A stretch of 63,289 nt of DNA, the filler included, from Perkinsus olseni (Eukaryota): the NCBI GenBank assembly GCA_013115125.1. It is 23 parts of 23 records of this genome, joined end to end, with 100 filler letters (N's around TTAATTAATTAA, not from the genome) between each part and the next. Parts side by side here need not be neighbours in the genome. Positions count along the whole stretch, not along the records: positions 11,233 to 13,930 come from JABANN010001515.1; positions 14,031 to 16,708 come from JABANN010001516.1; positions 16,809 to 19,486 come from JABANN010001517.1; positions 19,587 to 22,259 come from JABANN010001518.1; positions 22,360 to 25,026 come from JABANN010001519.1; 18 more parts are not named here. One strand, 5' to 3'. Shown here one piece after another: positions 11,395-24,354 of this stretch. Numbering within the stretch: the first letter of the stretch is position 1; each line of letters begins with the position of its first letter. Both the position numbers and the translations under genes were made by a program. The notes beneath the pieces were generated by a model, which saw only the letters and a program-made list of their open reading frames with translations, was not told the origin of the DNA and ran no database searches.

Positions 11395-13042
11395 TCACAC
11401 TTGACATGGTTCGGGTGTCTCCAGTAGGAATGGATGGACAGCAGCCGTCCTGGCCGATAGGCGATCGTCTGGGTCGAGTGCCAAGAGCGAGGCAAGGAAG
11501 CTCAGGGCATGCCTGACGGTACGGCACTCGACCTGTTCAGCAGAGAGCCTCGGCCCTACCGCCAGCGACCGAGGGGTATCCCGTGTTGCTTGGTGTCGTC
11601 GAGCAGGAGGGGCAAGTCTGAGACCTGCCGAAGCAGCGGTGACGATGATGAGGAGTAGCAGTAGCTGGGTGTCAGTACCACTTCTCTCTGCCTCTGGGCT
11701 ATCTTACAGGGGTCCTTGCCTGACACGGCGAACAGCCCTCCCTGAGGGTAAGCCACGAATCCTCCTTCGCGATGGCGCGTGGAGGACCGGCGGCCATGAC
11801 CATCACTTGGCTCGAGGTAGGCCCGACAGGGGTACGATCTAGCGAAGCAGCACTGGACCATTGCATGCCTCCTAGCCTTTCCGTACAGCCACAGCGGGGC
11901 CATCGTGGCCCACTCCAGTATCATCGCCCCCAAGGCCCAGGTGTCCACCTTCCACCCGTCTGCTGAGGTCCCCTTGGTGGCGTTCAGGGCCTCAGGGGGC
12001 ATGTACCTAGTAGGAGGGGGAGGGGATAGTCGGCGGGAGGGCATCATCTCACTGACTCCAGTGTGGCAGCGGCCTCGAACAACGCCTTCTCCCGTCCAGG
12101 CCTGACCGCTGAGCCGAGGTCGATTAGCTTGACCGCAGAGTGTGACGAGGCAGCGTCCAGCATGACATTATCGGGCTTGATGTCACCGTGGATATAACCG
12201 CAGTCCGCTAGCTCCAACAGACCCTCTGAGAAAGTATCCAAAGATCACCCATGCATTCTACGGGTGAGGTTATCCCTCCCTTGCTACCCAGGATCTGCCG
12301 TACGACATCCTGCACGAATACTCGGCCGAAATCGCCCCTGTCCGCTATGACCCGATGGAAGAGGGGAGTTGGCCTCACACAGTAGATCCGCTTCCCTCCG
12401 ACGAACTCCCCTTGGAGGGTCGTAAAGGCCCGGCCGATCGGCACTCCCGGGCACAGCTCAAGCACCATCCAGAGGGCCCGCTTGCGCTCGAGGACTTCTA
12501 TCAACCCACACACCCGACTAGGGCCACCGTTGCCCCGCCCCCTCTCGAGGGCCCGAAGGACGGCTATCTCCCTATATGCCGAACCGAAGTCGGCCTGTAC
12601 CTTCGCTGCTTGCCGCTCGCTGACCAGGTTGAGGTGGAGACCAGCGACGGTCTTATCGACTCGTTTGAGCGCTACTGATGCGGCAGATGCCCGGCAGACC
12701 CCTCGATAGACGGTAGCACAGCCTCCCCTGATAGGTGGATAGTGGGAAGCCTTGAGACAGGCGGTGGACGTCCTACCGGCCGAGTTCGTCCACCAAGCTG
12801 TACCCTGGTGGGCCGGGATTGATGCTCCCGCGAGAGCTCCGACTTCGACGCTCCCGACCGCCAGCAGCGGTGGAGGCGACGACCATCTCGTCCGGGGGGA
12901 GGGGCATAGGTCTGGCTTCAACCTGATCACTATTGAGTGCCGGGGCGTATTGATAACGAAGCAAGACAACGCGGTCGAGGGTAGCGCACTTCACGCGATC
13001 CATACTCTCTCCCCGGTCATCCAGCCTCTCCCTCTCAAACAT
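11395..13042 (-). CDS. Serine/threonine protein kinase (multi-exon; N-terminal exons probably extend toward 13900)
   Basis: LGR|GGCATVY glycine loop across an intron, VALK, alphaC E (YREIAVL), IHGDIKPDN, IDLGSA, YMPPE, DTWALG and LLALDPDDRLSARTAAVHPFL. Stop TGA at 11395-11397. Confidence 0.93.
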
Positions 13043-14030
13043 CCGTCGCCACCACCATAGGTGATATTTGGTGTGGCATAAGTCGGCCGAGGGGGACTGC
13101 GGCGCTTGAGAAGAGAGGCAGATCTCTTGTCGATGTCAGTGGGGCTCGGCCATCCCCCGGCATCCTGGCAGCCAGCAGGGAACAGTACCTCCTGCAGTCT
13201 TACCACCTGTTGAGCATTCATCCAAAGACTGAAGGACCCCATCCAATTCGACACAACTCGAGTCATCCCAAGGAGAAGTGGGAGAAACGTGGTACTAGTA
13301 GTAGTGGTTCTATCATACATATCAGATACGGCCGTAGCCTACAGCTGCCTCGGCGGACTCCTGCGTGTGAGGGTCTGACAACAACGCCAATGGGAGCTGG
13401 ACTCAGCAGGGGTAAGTGTTACCATCAAGGGCCTGCTTGAGCCTCCGACGGTGCTTAGCTGTCTTGAAGTGGGCTACCAGTGCTATATCGGTTATGAAGT
13501 ACCTGAGGAGGCAAGGGTATCTCTCACAGGCCCGAATCCGTGATGTTGATGGTCACTTGGCACAGGAGACGCAGTAGTGCTGCCCTCGACCAGGCAAGTC
13601 CTCATCAACTGGCATGTTAGAGAACTTCTCAGGAGCCTTCAAGTCGTCATGAATCTGATAGAAAAACCGTAAAATGGCTTCGATGATGACTATCTCCACC
13701 CAACCTGATCGATGTCCCTCGTATGCCTCTTTGCCTTCACAATACCTCCTCTGGTATTATTAGCGTTCTTCTTACGACGTTTCTGAATAGCCATTCCCTC
13801 AACCCACTGACTGTGAAGCAGGAGGAGGACTGCAGACCGCACCCAAAAGGATGCCCCCGATAAACACAACCCCCCCAGGAATCCGAAACAGCCCGGAGGA
13901 GATGGTGGTCAATGACGTTGCAGCAGATCGNNNNNNNNNNNNNNNNNNNNNNNNNNNNNNNNNNNNNNNNNNNNTTAATTAATTAANNNNNNNNNNNNNN
14001 NNNNNNNNNNNNNNNNNNNNNNNNNNNNNN

Positions 14031-16708
14031 TGACTTGGCCGTCTGGGACGTGGCCTGAGTAGACTGCGTGGAACTTGTCGACGTCTAACTTGAGCAAGTA
14101 TCCCAGAACCGACTTCTTGACGTCTTCATCTCCATCCGCAACCAACCAGTTGCAGAAGGATTTAACGGGGTCGTTGCCGAAGCCGTGACCTGTGAAGACG
14201 TGAGAGCCAAACTCGTAGCCAAGTCGTGCTTCTTCTTTGCTCCTTCCGCCGTAGTAGAGGTCGTCGACGTACTTGAGTAATAGCATCTTCGTGGGGATAG
14301 CTGGTCCACGTCGTATATACTCCACGCCAGTCGCAGAGGGCATTAATAATGCCTGCTCGATCTGCGCGTTGGAGAGTAGTCGTGGTGACGAGCTGGTGGC
14401 ACGAGTCTGACGTTGTACAGACAGGGTAGACGTAAGCAGTTGTTCCAGCTCCAATACCACGTCGTGACTGCTAGCTTCCAGCATACAGGGTGCATTGTTG
14501 CTGCCGAAGGCGATGCTCGACCACAAGACAGTGTAGTTCCCGATGCACGTGTAGCTGGAGTAGCCGACGTCATAGAGAGAAGCCTTCATCTGGCAAAACG
14601 CCTTAGAGACGTCAGCGGAGATGAAGTAAGGGAAACTTCTCAGCTGGAGTAGTACTCCTTGTAAGTCGTTCTGGGTCTTCCCGCCACGTCTGGTAAACTT
14701 GTTCAACGTGCGGAAGTCCAGGACGATGCGGCAGGGCGTCGTAGGGTGACTATCTCGGAATACCATGTGTGAGGGCGTGTAGTGGTAGGGTTTGATGACG
14801 ACCGTACCATCCAAAGCCGTATCACGTGTCATGGCATCCCATGCCGCCTGGCACTCGTCGAAGGTTGGGTGGTCGAGGTTGCCGTTGACGTAGTTGTCCT
14901 TGACGATTGCACAGAAGCCTCGAGTAGTGTAGACTTGTAGTGCCGCTTCGAATGCTTGTCGTTGTTCTGGGGAAAGTCGTCTTGTCGAGGCAGCACCACG
15001 ATGAGCAGCATTCTTGAAGTTATTGGGTGGACGTTCCTCCCCTAACCAAGGTAGCCGTACACATGCTCGCCCTAGGGGTGTTGTAGCATCCCACATCCAA
15101 TGACGTTGTAGCACATCCCATGGAGGAAGGTTGTCGTCGGAGTCGTGGTCCACGTCTTCTTTGTCATTGTTCTCGTCATGGTGGGGGGTAGCAGATTCCA
15201 CGTTGGAGGAGGTTTCCGTCGGATCAGTAGACATGTAGTGGACGTAGTAGTTGCTGCTAGTAGGATCTTTTCCCGATTGGTTACAGTCGGCTTGGCCAAC
15301 AAACAAGTCGTCCGGGTAGATCCTAGTGGTGGGGAAGAGCGCGTTGTAGAGCTCGACGTCAGATAGTCCACTATGGGAGCCTTGGTGTAGGAATAGTCGA
15401 CGTACATGGTTGATGGTGTACGTGACCGTGATGTCTTCTTGATCCTTCTCTAACAGTTTGTCGTAGGTGGAGACGTTGTCGTTGAACCGNNNNNNNNNNN
15501 NNNNNNNNNNNNNNNNNNNNNNNNNNNNNNNNNNNNNNNNNNNNNNNNNNNNNNNNNNNNNNNNNNNNNNNNNNNNNNNNNNNNNNNNAGCCGAGTAGGG
15601 GCTGAAGTCGTGGTCGTCGTTGGTGGTGACGTGCATACCATGTGGGCTCACTCGTATAGTTGTACGTAGTTTACCCAAGGTGGGGCAACCTAGTAGTATC
15701 GGTACCGACAAGTCGTCAGACACTACGATGAATTCGTCGTGGACCGTGATGCGGTTGGTAGAGACCTTGAGCATGACGGTGCCATCGACGTGCAGGGTAC
15801 CTCCATCGGCCACCGAGATATGCCGAGGTGTATTGGTGTAGACGTCTACATGCGGAGCTAGTCGTTGAAGTGCTTGCCTAGTAATGAGGGACACCTCTGC
15901 TCCTGTATCAAACAGGGCTGGTATGACGTTGTCCTCTATGCAGACGTTACCAATCACCATGACCATAGGCTTAGTGGTCCTTGACGTGTCTCGGTCAGAC
16001 GATGAAGAAGTCGTACAGACTCGTTGTTGAGGATGTTCCTGTAAACGATCATTGTCAATGATCACCTGAACCCTAGCCGTTGATCTCGGAGTCGATTGTC
16101 TTTTGCCAGTCGTTGGAGAGGATGTCGGCGTCTTAGACGTACATACGTAAGCCAAGTGACCAGGGTTGTTGCAGCGGTGGCAGACCAGTTTGTCGCTCTT
16201 GATCTTGCACGTCGCAGCTTGATGTTGAGGGTTGCCACAGATTCGACAACGTGTAGAGAGGTCGGCCGGTTCTGGTTGTTCACAATCTTTAGCAGAGTGT
16301 CCACGTTTGAGACACCGGTAGCACTTCAACCCAGATAGATCACGACCCATATTGACGTGATGTTGCCGAACCTCGTTGTCGTCCGTGGTGTAGCCACCAG
16401 AATCATCAACCGGGTTGACAGACTCTCGCCTCGGGTAGGGAGGACGTTGTTGCCAAGGCCGACGGCTGCGATAACCACTGTCGTCACTTCGTCTGCCGTA
16501 GCTGCCTCTAGAGTCGTCTCTGGTCTTCTTGTCGGAGGGTTTGGTGTTGTTGTCGGCCTCATTGACGTTGGTCATACGCCTATGCTGACGTAGTACGACT
16601 TCCTTGAACTCCATGTAGTCGATCTCTTTGTCGTCGAGGTAGTCATTGACACGAAGTCGTAGCTCAGCGCCCTTGAGACCGTTGTAGAGCTTCCACTTCA
16701 TCTTGTAC
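14031..16708 (-). mobile_element. LTR retrotransposon gag-pol fragment: three CCHC knuckles, aspartic protease, BEL/Pao-type reverse transcriptase
   Basis: Knuckles CYRCLKRGHSAKDC, CRICGNPQHQAATC, CHRCNNPGHLAYVC. Protease LFDTGAEVSLI...ILLG. RT motifs VRLPW, HYTPSHMVFR...TTPCRIVLD, NDLQGVLLQLR...ADVSKAFCQM, AFGSNNAP, YVDD, SVLGY. The frame is open on both sides of an N gap. Confidence 0.95.
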
Positions 16709-17684
16709 NNNNNNNNNNNNNNNNNNNNNNNNNNNNNNNNNNNNNNNNNNNNTTAATTAATTAANNNNNNNNNNNNNNNNNNNNNNNNNNNNNNNNNNNN
16801 NNNNNNNNCGGCGTATTTTCGGGCGAGCGAGATTTCTTCCTTAGAAAATATACTTTCTCCTTAGGTTTCTGCATTTCACCCGTATAATCGACCGTAAATC
16901 CACACTGTGGAGTCCACAGCCAGGACTTGGCTACTCAACAACATTAGCCGACTCGGCCTGATGCACGAACAAGCTGCTCGAGGTCTGTCGAAGTTCCGGA
17001 TTCACGAACGTCCCACCACAGTCAGCAGTCTGAGCTACCCAACTACAGTAGTCTTCTGACCAGTTTACCCCCGGTAAGATTCGAAACAATGAATTGGGTG
17101 GATTTAGGCCGCCAACCGAAACCTGCTGGCGCTTCACTCCCTGCCCGAACTAACGAGTCAGATCTTACTGCGGATTCCGGTGTGCATGGATGAACCTGTG
17201 GGTTGGCCCATGAAATGCGACCCTGGCGTTTAAAGGCCCAAAGCGGAGGAGAGTGAATGAAATACTGTACATTCGCGAGCGGTGATCGAACGACGGTAGT
17301 CTGAAGGACTACTATATTATCTAATAGTAATGGAACCTAACGCCGTATAGAGAAGCGCGTAGACGCCGAACCACTCGCGGGGAGAGGGGAACTACTGGCA
17401 ACTGAACTTATAATTCGGCGCAAAGGGTGGAGCTAGCTGTGTCTGACTTTCCCAAGAAGCAATGGCAGACCCCACTCGAGTCACCCCGATGAGTGAGGCC
17501 CAGGATTTCCCTTAGCAGGCTTGTCAAGCAATATTCCCTTTGACCTTAACGCGTGGTCCTGTGAGTGCATGCCCGTTTTATGTAGTAGGTGATAGATGGT
17601 CATAACGCAATGATGATGCCATTCACACTAACATCATAAGAACATCAACATGAACATGAGATCATCACCGATATAGAATCATCC

Positions 17685-18833
17685 TTATGAGAAGTCTCTC
17701 CCAGTGAGTCCGACGTGGATAGACTGCACTGCCCTTGCCAAATTAGAATCAGTGTGGTACGGCTGAATGGCGATGTCCATTGTTTCAGCCCTCACTGGAT
17801 TCATTTCATTCAGCTTGTGAGCTAAGCTGATGGTATTGTCTCTCATCCTTAGACTAAGGTCCTTATACGGGAGCGGTTGAAGGTTCTGTGCCACTTCAAG
17901 TGCCTCCAGATCAACTGGGTGTAGCTTGGCAAAGCATCTGCCTCTGAGCGCAGGAAGGTCAACTCATCATCCAACGACAAGTCGACAACGTACCTCAGGA
18001 AGTCCGCAGAAGTCGAGCTTAGCCGATCCACCTTGGATTGATTCCCACTCATTAAAACTGATAGGATCTCCTGAAAAGGGATCCACACAGAGACTTTATT
18101 GAAAAACCTCGGAGTTCCCTACGTTGGGGTCATTCTTTGACTTGGCAATGGCTCTCTGCGAATTACGCTTGAGCACTCTATTGCGCACAGCAGTCTCGAG
18201 ACCAATAGCGAAGATCGCTTTGTTGAGCTTCGCATCCTTAGAAAAGGCTTTGAAGAGGCCACGTTTCTTCTTTTCAGCAGTCTCGGTGACGATGACTTCC
18301 TTCCATCCGTCCATTTCGGTTCTTCCGGCTATGTCATTGCCCAACGCCTTGATGTAGGCCTTACACCCCCTTTCAGTGGCTTTATCACCGTACTTCGGAG
18401 GGGCTTCCACGATTTGGAAAAGTGATCATCCAGACCATGGAAGTCAAAGTAGTGGTTGATATCACATTCCTTCTGAGGTGCGCTAAAGAGGAGGACAACT
18501 AACCCTCGCCTGATAGTGTGGACATACCTCGGCGACGGGGTCTCCTGAGCCACACTAACGTATGTGAGCTCGCCGTGTAACTCCTCGTTCTCTTCCGTGT
18601 CCTTATTTCCCCGTCTCATCATGGCCCGACGGTGACCTTGGTATCAGCCTCGCCAACCGAATAAGTCAAACTCAGTGAGCACGTTGCCGAGTCCTGTAAT
18701 GGATGGTATCGATAACTTTCTGGCACCTCTAGCTAATCACTGTAGTATCCTTCGCCATAGCAGCAGTAGAGGCAACAGAGCATGGAGCTGTCGCTAGCAG
18801 GAGAAGGATGATGATGGAGGGGTGATGGACCAT
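17685..18833 (-). pseudogene. Fragmented lineage-specific secreted-type protein
   Basis: A signal-peptide-like start (MVHHPSIIILLLLATAPCSVA) is followed by stops and overlapping same-strand ORFs in different frames (18329-18622, 18096-18410, 17849-18088, 17685-17894). Confidence 0.35.
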
Positions 18834-18894
18834 TATGGTGCACAGAAGACTAATATGTTAACACTATATACCATCATGTCGCCCATTGGCATCA

Positions 18895-19341
18895 TCAAAG
18901 TCTGATCCTCGATGGGGAAATCATCTTACAGGAGAAAAGTGAATTATTAAACAAGGCGATACTACTCGCTCCAGCCCATCGGCCATTTGTATAACAGTCA
19001 TCGGGTTCCTGGTCACTCCGGCTTCGGATTGGCCCTTTCTTCTCCTCTACCCGTAACCGCAGATTGCCCAATATGCCCGATATGGTAGGACTCTTAGAGG
19101 AGGTATTCACCACAGCTGCCCTCTCTTCAAATCTCCACCACTCAGGTTTACTCGGGGTGTTCAACAATCCGTCAAGGTATTCGACCCGTTCTTCAACAGC
19201 TCCTGGGATGGAACACCCGCCCCGTGCGCGTGTCAGCGGGTGTAGACTTAGGGAGATGTAGAGTTGTTCTAATGGTGATGATATCTGTGACGGTATCAAT
19301 ACTACACCCACCGCCCTACGCGGGAAGAGGATTCCCAACAA
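18895..19341 (-). CDS. Hypothetical protein fragment
   Basis: 148-aa ORF with no recognisable motif. Confidence 0.25.
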   Translation of the reverse strand: MLGILFPRRAVGVVLIPSQISSPLEQLYISLSLHPLTRARGGCSIPGAVEERVEYLDGLLNTPSKPEWWRFEERAAVVNTSSKSPTISGILGNLRLRVEEKKGPIRSRSDQEPDDCYTNGRWAGASSIALFNNSLFSCKMISPSRIRL

Positions 19342-20280
19342 CTAGTAGATACCATAGATAATCGTGACAATACCATAATAACTAGTCGATAGGGGAGCGG
19401 GAGAGAGTCCCCAGTGTGTCGCTCACGCCACCAGCTTGAGCCGCTGGAGTAGTGAAGTCACCGGGGTTAACCATCCTGTAGACTCANNNNNNNNNNNNNN
19501 NNNNNNNNNNNNNNNNNNNNNNNNNNNNNNTTAATTAATTAANNNNNNNNNNNNNNNNNNNNNNNNNNNNNNNNNNNNNNNNNNNNAACGCTGCTCTCAG
19601 AGCGAGGTCATCGTCAGCTGGGAACGTCCTTCCCTCCCGCTAAGCGGGCCCCGCTTCCACAACATTGGGACATTCATCCAACTACCACCGACGTACCTTT
19701 CTGACTCAGAAATTCTGAGGGGGATCAGACTGATCTCTCGTAGAGAGGTTCGTCGGTCTATTGAACAGACTAAACTGATCCTATCAGGTTAGTCTGTCGA
19801 GTAGAATGAGCGTGCTTCGATTGCTTATATGATCATCGTGAACATGCGTAATAATGAACATATACTGGGTTTAGTGATTCGCAGGTGATCGATACAAGTG
19901 TGATGCAGGTTCTCGAAGTAGAGGGAGGTGGGCCTGAAGAGGGATCTGATCTCTTTATGAGGGTCGGCATGGCTCAGTCCAAGCGGGAAGATATGCCGGA
20001 CGTCACGGTTCGGGGCTTCAGCTGCGGACAAATCAGACTGGTAAGTGTCCGCGTTAGAGCGCTGGTCGTGTAACCGTCAGGCTTAATCTGTAGGGTTCGT
20101 GGAATTGTCGTGCATGTTTTGGTATTGGGCCCGTGATCTGTTCATCTCCCGCTGCGTGATACAATCATTTTTGGGATTGCCCTAACAGGGGAAGCCTAGT
20201 GTGTAGCGCTGGTTGGGCTATTCCAACCAACCTCTTTTACATCTTGAAAAAGATAGCGGACAGGGAGCCACTTGATACTA

Positions 20281-20987
20281 CACCTTTTCCCGACCAGATA
20301 AAATATTTTTCCATTTGATTTAAAGGAGTGTGGGAAACCGAATTTTATTTTAAAATAGTTTTCATCCACTTTAAATACTTTAGCAAATTTGAAAGACTCG
20401 TGTCACGCAAATTAAATCTCAGTTCCCATGCAATTTGAAATATTCTACAGTAGTTGTCAAATTGAAGGGAGCGCGCGAAGCTGCGCGCACCGTCGTTGTT
20501 CATTGCGTGTCTCATCGTGAAATTTTCATACCGTAGTCTTTGCCTCAATATGATCAACGCCAATGGCGTCGGCCTTCTAAGGCATAACATTCGCTGAGGT
20601 TAACACGCGATATGGTATATACTGTAATTCATAGAGTTGCTCCGGCATCTCGCACGTGGCAGCGCTCCTCCAATTCCATTCATTGCAGTATGTTTCCCGT
20701 TGACAAGAAGCGACAGCTTTAGAGCTCTACCGTGTTTCATGAGCTCAGAGTATATGTCCAAGATGGAGGAAGGAGGTCGCAGTAGCAGAATGATTTAGCT
20801 ATCGAAATTGGATCAGAATCTATTTGAATGGAGTGGCACGTGTTAGATCGAATTTGCTCATAAATTTAATTTGGGCGACAAAACGAATTTGGTTTGACAA
20901 TTCTTTAATTCCCATGGCACTCGCTAAATTGCTATCAAAACAGTTTAAATCGCAGGAAAAAACTTTTTATTTGCTCGGGAAAAGGTG
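20281..20987. mobile_element. Non-autonomous DNA transposon (MITE) with terminal inverted repeats
   Basis: Left end CACCTTTTCCCGACCAGATAAAATATTTTTCC versus reverse complement of the right end CACCTTTTCCCGAGCAAATAAAAAGTTTTTTCC. Weaker inverted similarity continues inward (AGCAAATT..A.....CGTG.CAC). AT-rich and non-coding; flanks are TA and TC. Confidence 0.75.
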
Positions 20988-22465
20988 TCGATGCGTGAAT
21001 CCGTTCGCATGGATCCTATCGTTTGCGTTCGCAGGATGCGTTGAGCGTGTTGATGCAAGTACGCCGATGTTCAGTCAGCCAACGGAACCTCTCTTGCTAC
21101 ATGTTGCGGAATTGAGGGTTCACGCAAACGAAGTGTTGGTCAGCTATTGTCGAAAGCGTGTTTCGTAGAACTTCTGGGATCACATGAGGGCGTGTGAATG
21201 TTTTCTCTCGTAGTCTACAAGTCGCAGAACTGTGACTTACGCTGTAGTTTGTGAGGGTTCGAGAGGGAGACAACTTTTCGTGTGTCTTGGGTTCTGTCTG
21301 CGGTGAGTTCTCATCCCTTCAGCAATTGCCCTCTTCATTCAGGTCGTCATTCCGGAGATTCTAGTCACTTTAGCGATTGAAATTCGCTCCCGGTTGGACG
21401 TTGGGGGGCCAATGCAAGCCATTCTCCAGTCAGCAAGTGAGAAGATCCAGAGGATGCTTGAAGAGGGGTTGGAGCTGGTAGGATGTCGTAGTTCTAGCTT
21501 GGATTGATCGAGCTGCTGACAGGCAAAGAACATTGCTCGCGGCAACTATGAGCATCGCAGCGTTGACTTGCAGCTCGACCTCGGAGCCCCGGTGTTGGTT
21601 TTGATACCTCGTGAGCCGAGAGCAGGTAGGTCGTGTTCCTCTCGAGAAGTTTCAGGGAGGAAAGTACGGAAGAGTCCGCTGCAGTCGGCATTAAAAATTC
21701 CACATTTTGAGCATTTCTCATCCGACTCGGCATGGTAGGGATGATTCTGCGAGGATCGCGCATTTCAGTTCCAGAAGACTGAAATTCGCCGTTCATATTT
21801 GAGAGTTACCCTTCAGATCATTGACAGCGTTAGCAACAGCTTGTTTCTCAGGCTGTTCTGATGCGATCCTCTTCGAAGTCGGCGGAGTCTCGCTCCGCTC
21901 AGAAATTCGAGACAAAGTAAACTCCACGCAAGGGATCAATGTTGAAGACGCGTAGTGCAAGTTTGATTCGGCGTCAAACCGTCAACCCACGGCCTCGTGA
22001 TAGGTTTGACCTGTATGACGTCGTTGCGGTCGGCAATAGCGCATGGTACTTGCCGTCCTGCTGTTGGGATCCATCACAAGAAGACGTGGGAGCTCAGAAA
22101 ATCTGGAAAAGGTCGGGATTTGAAGTAAGTAAATCTCCTTTTGAGCTGCGAGTCCTAGCGGAGAGTCTCTCGGGAAGTAGATGTCGAGGTACACGCGAGA
22201 GTGTGCCACCTTCCCCGAGAGAGGCTGCTGCCGAACGCTGTGATGTTGATTGAGCTCTCNNNNNNNNNNNNNNNNNNNNNNNNNNNNNNNNNNNNNNNNN
22301 NNNTTAATTAATTAANNNNNNNNNNNNNNNNNNNNNNNNNNNNNNNNNNNNNNNNNNNNTCACTTGTGATAAGTCTGTTACGGTTTACTTATCGCTAAGC
22401 AAGTCACGCGTCTAAGTTCATTCACGCGCAACTATTTGGTGTACGAAACGTGAACATCCCGGAAG

Positions 22466-23086
22466 GGGATGTTCACGACTCGTACAATGAACCAAATACT
22501 CGTACACAGAATACTCATACACCGGGAGGTGGTACATGTAGAACTCGTACGCACAAAACTTGTACACATAATGTTCGTACACATAACACTCGTACACGTA
22601 ATGCTCGTACACCATCATTTCGTACACCCTGCGGAAATTTCTTCAGGCAAGTCGTGGAGCCGCTCCGCGACTTGCCTGAAAAATTTTCGAGCTCTGCCGC
22701 GCCTTGCTAGCAGCTTATCTCCTCCCTGACAGGTATATCCACACCACATACACTAATAAACTTCCACTCACCCACTGGCGCGAACAATTCGCTCTCTATG
22801 GATAATATTACCTCCTTCGCTCCCCCATTGCTCTCAGCGCGGCCCAAAAAATGCGTCCCAAGCAGCGTAGTGTACGAGTCGTGCTCGTGTACGAGTTGAT
22901 GGTGCACGAGTTTTATGTGTATGAGTTTTACGTGTATAAGTTTTATGTGTACGAGTTTCATGTTTATGAGTTTCAAGTGTACCAAACGACGGTGTACGGA
23001 TCCAAGAGGTGAACGAGCATTCAGTGTACGAGTCGTGTACGAAATGAAAGTGTAAGAGTTTTCGGTGTGCGAATCGTGATACACCC
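22466..23086. mobile_element. Foldback/MuDR-like element with inverted arrays of ~15-bp subterminal repeats
   Basis: A left array of (A)CTCGTACAC units (about 22475-22628) faces a mirror array of GTGTACGAGT units (about 22869-23076) across a unique core. The termini GGATGTTCACGACTCG and reverse-complemented GGTGTATCACGATTCG are similar. Confidence 0.7.
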
Positions 23087-23819
23087 GGGGAGCCTATGGT
23101 CCGAGTCCTGGATCCGGTCGAGGTGTTCATCAAGGCTCGCACTCTTCTCCTTGAGAGGTACAGTGAAGACTGATTTTCTGTGTACAGGAAGCTCCAGAAA
23201 CGCCGTCTCGAAGCTGGGGAAACGGTTGAGGATTACCTGGGCTTCGGGTGGACTGCCTTGCCTAGGCAGATTCCTCCTGAAAAAAACGATATCCTCACAT
23301 GTGTCCAAATGTGGCACGGTTTGCCGGACGTGCCGAGTCTGACTGCCGTTCGCGCGACCGGAGGCTCTCTCGGAGGCCATCCCGCGTACTCGTCACGAAT
23401 TAGCATCGCTTGTTGGCTAATATGTGGCGCACTTTTCCATTGAGGGATGGTTAGGCATCGCGGCGGCAACGTTCACAGGGTTGTGCGCGTTGTTTGAGCA
23501 GGGTAAACAGTATGAAGACTCCTTGCCGCCGATCTGGCTTGGTTTGCATTACAATATTCGCGCGCACTTGCAGCCGCGGGAGATCCGGTACACGGGGCCT
23601 GGCAAGTCCTGCCGTCGGCCAGCTGGGCTCCCCACTGTAACAGCAGTGCGACGGCTACGGCCGCTGTTCTCTTTCTCCGCCCCGTTCGGGTCGAGAACCG
23701 TTGTTGGTTACGACCACGGCGCTGCCGTTGGCACATGAAAGTGCTTGAATGTGAATCTGTCATCCCCGGTTTGAGTGTCGTGCTGGATTTTTGCAAAGCG
23801 CTCCGTGTCGGGGAACCTC

Positions 23820-23995
23820 CATTCATACATCGCGGTTTCATACATTGCAGGTTTCGTCCCCAATTTTTCATTCATGGTAGGGTTCCTCCTGCTTGTTTCG
23901 TCCATATTACTTCCGCCCATCCTCTTTCATACACACCTCTTTCGTCCATGGGTCTTACGTACATGATTCTTTCATCCACGCCGTTTCGTCCAATC
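23820..23995 (+). repeat. Degenerate ~15-bp periodic array (TTTCRTMCA core)
   Basis: Repeated TTTCATACA / TTTCGTCCA / TTTCATCCA units, typical of DNA-transposon subterminal arrays. Confidence 0.55.
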
Positions 23996-24354
23996 ATGCT
24001 CAAACTCCGCTTCTTTCATCCAGGAGCCTATTTAAGTGCTTTTCGTTTCCGGGTTCCGAGTCCGAGGGAAATTTACCGGGAAACGAGGCCGAGGAGTACT
24101 TTTCCGAGACATCATCAATTCAAGTGCTCGGGCGAATTTTACGGGTATATTCTCCGATTTCTGACTACGGGTCAGAATTCCAACTGTTCAAGTGCCCCTC
24201 TAAATTTCCCGAGCTCGGAGAAAAAACGTCTCACTCAAGAAATTCAAAGTTGCACGTTTCGTGGATACGCGCAGCACAACTTTCAAGATGCGCTATGAGA
24301 TGCGCCTTGAAAATGCGAGAGTCATCTTGATCTTCAAGATGCGCTAAATGAGAC

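Noticed and set aside
13975-16701. Treating the 908-aa ORF as a verified continuous gag-pol
   Set aside because: Frame continuity relies on a 99-N gap of nominal size and the C-terminal 'LIN' comes from the linker. Only the two flanks are observed open.
21180-22259. Possible decayed transposase N-terminus on the minus strand
   Set aside because: Many stops and no convincing catalytic or zinc-finger motif.
22418-23142. His/Tyr/Val-periodic ORFs (YEHYV, LVHIK) as proteins
   Set aside because: They are translations of the 15-bp DNA repeat arrays and appear in several frames on both strands.
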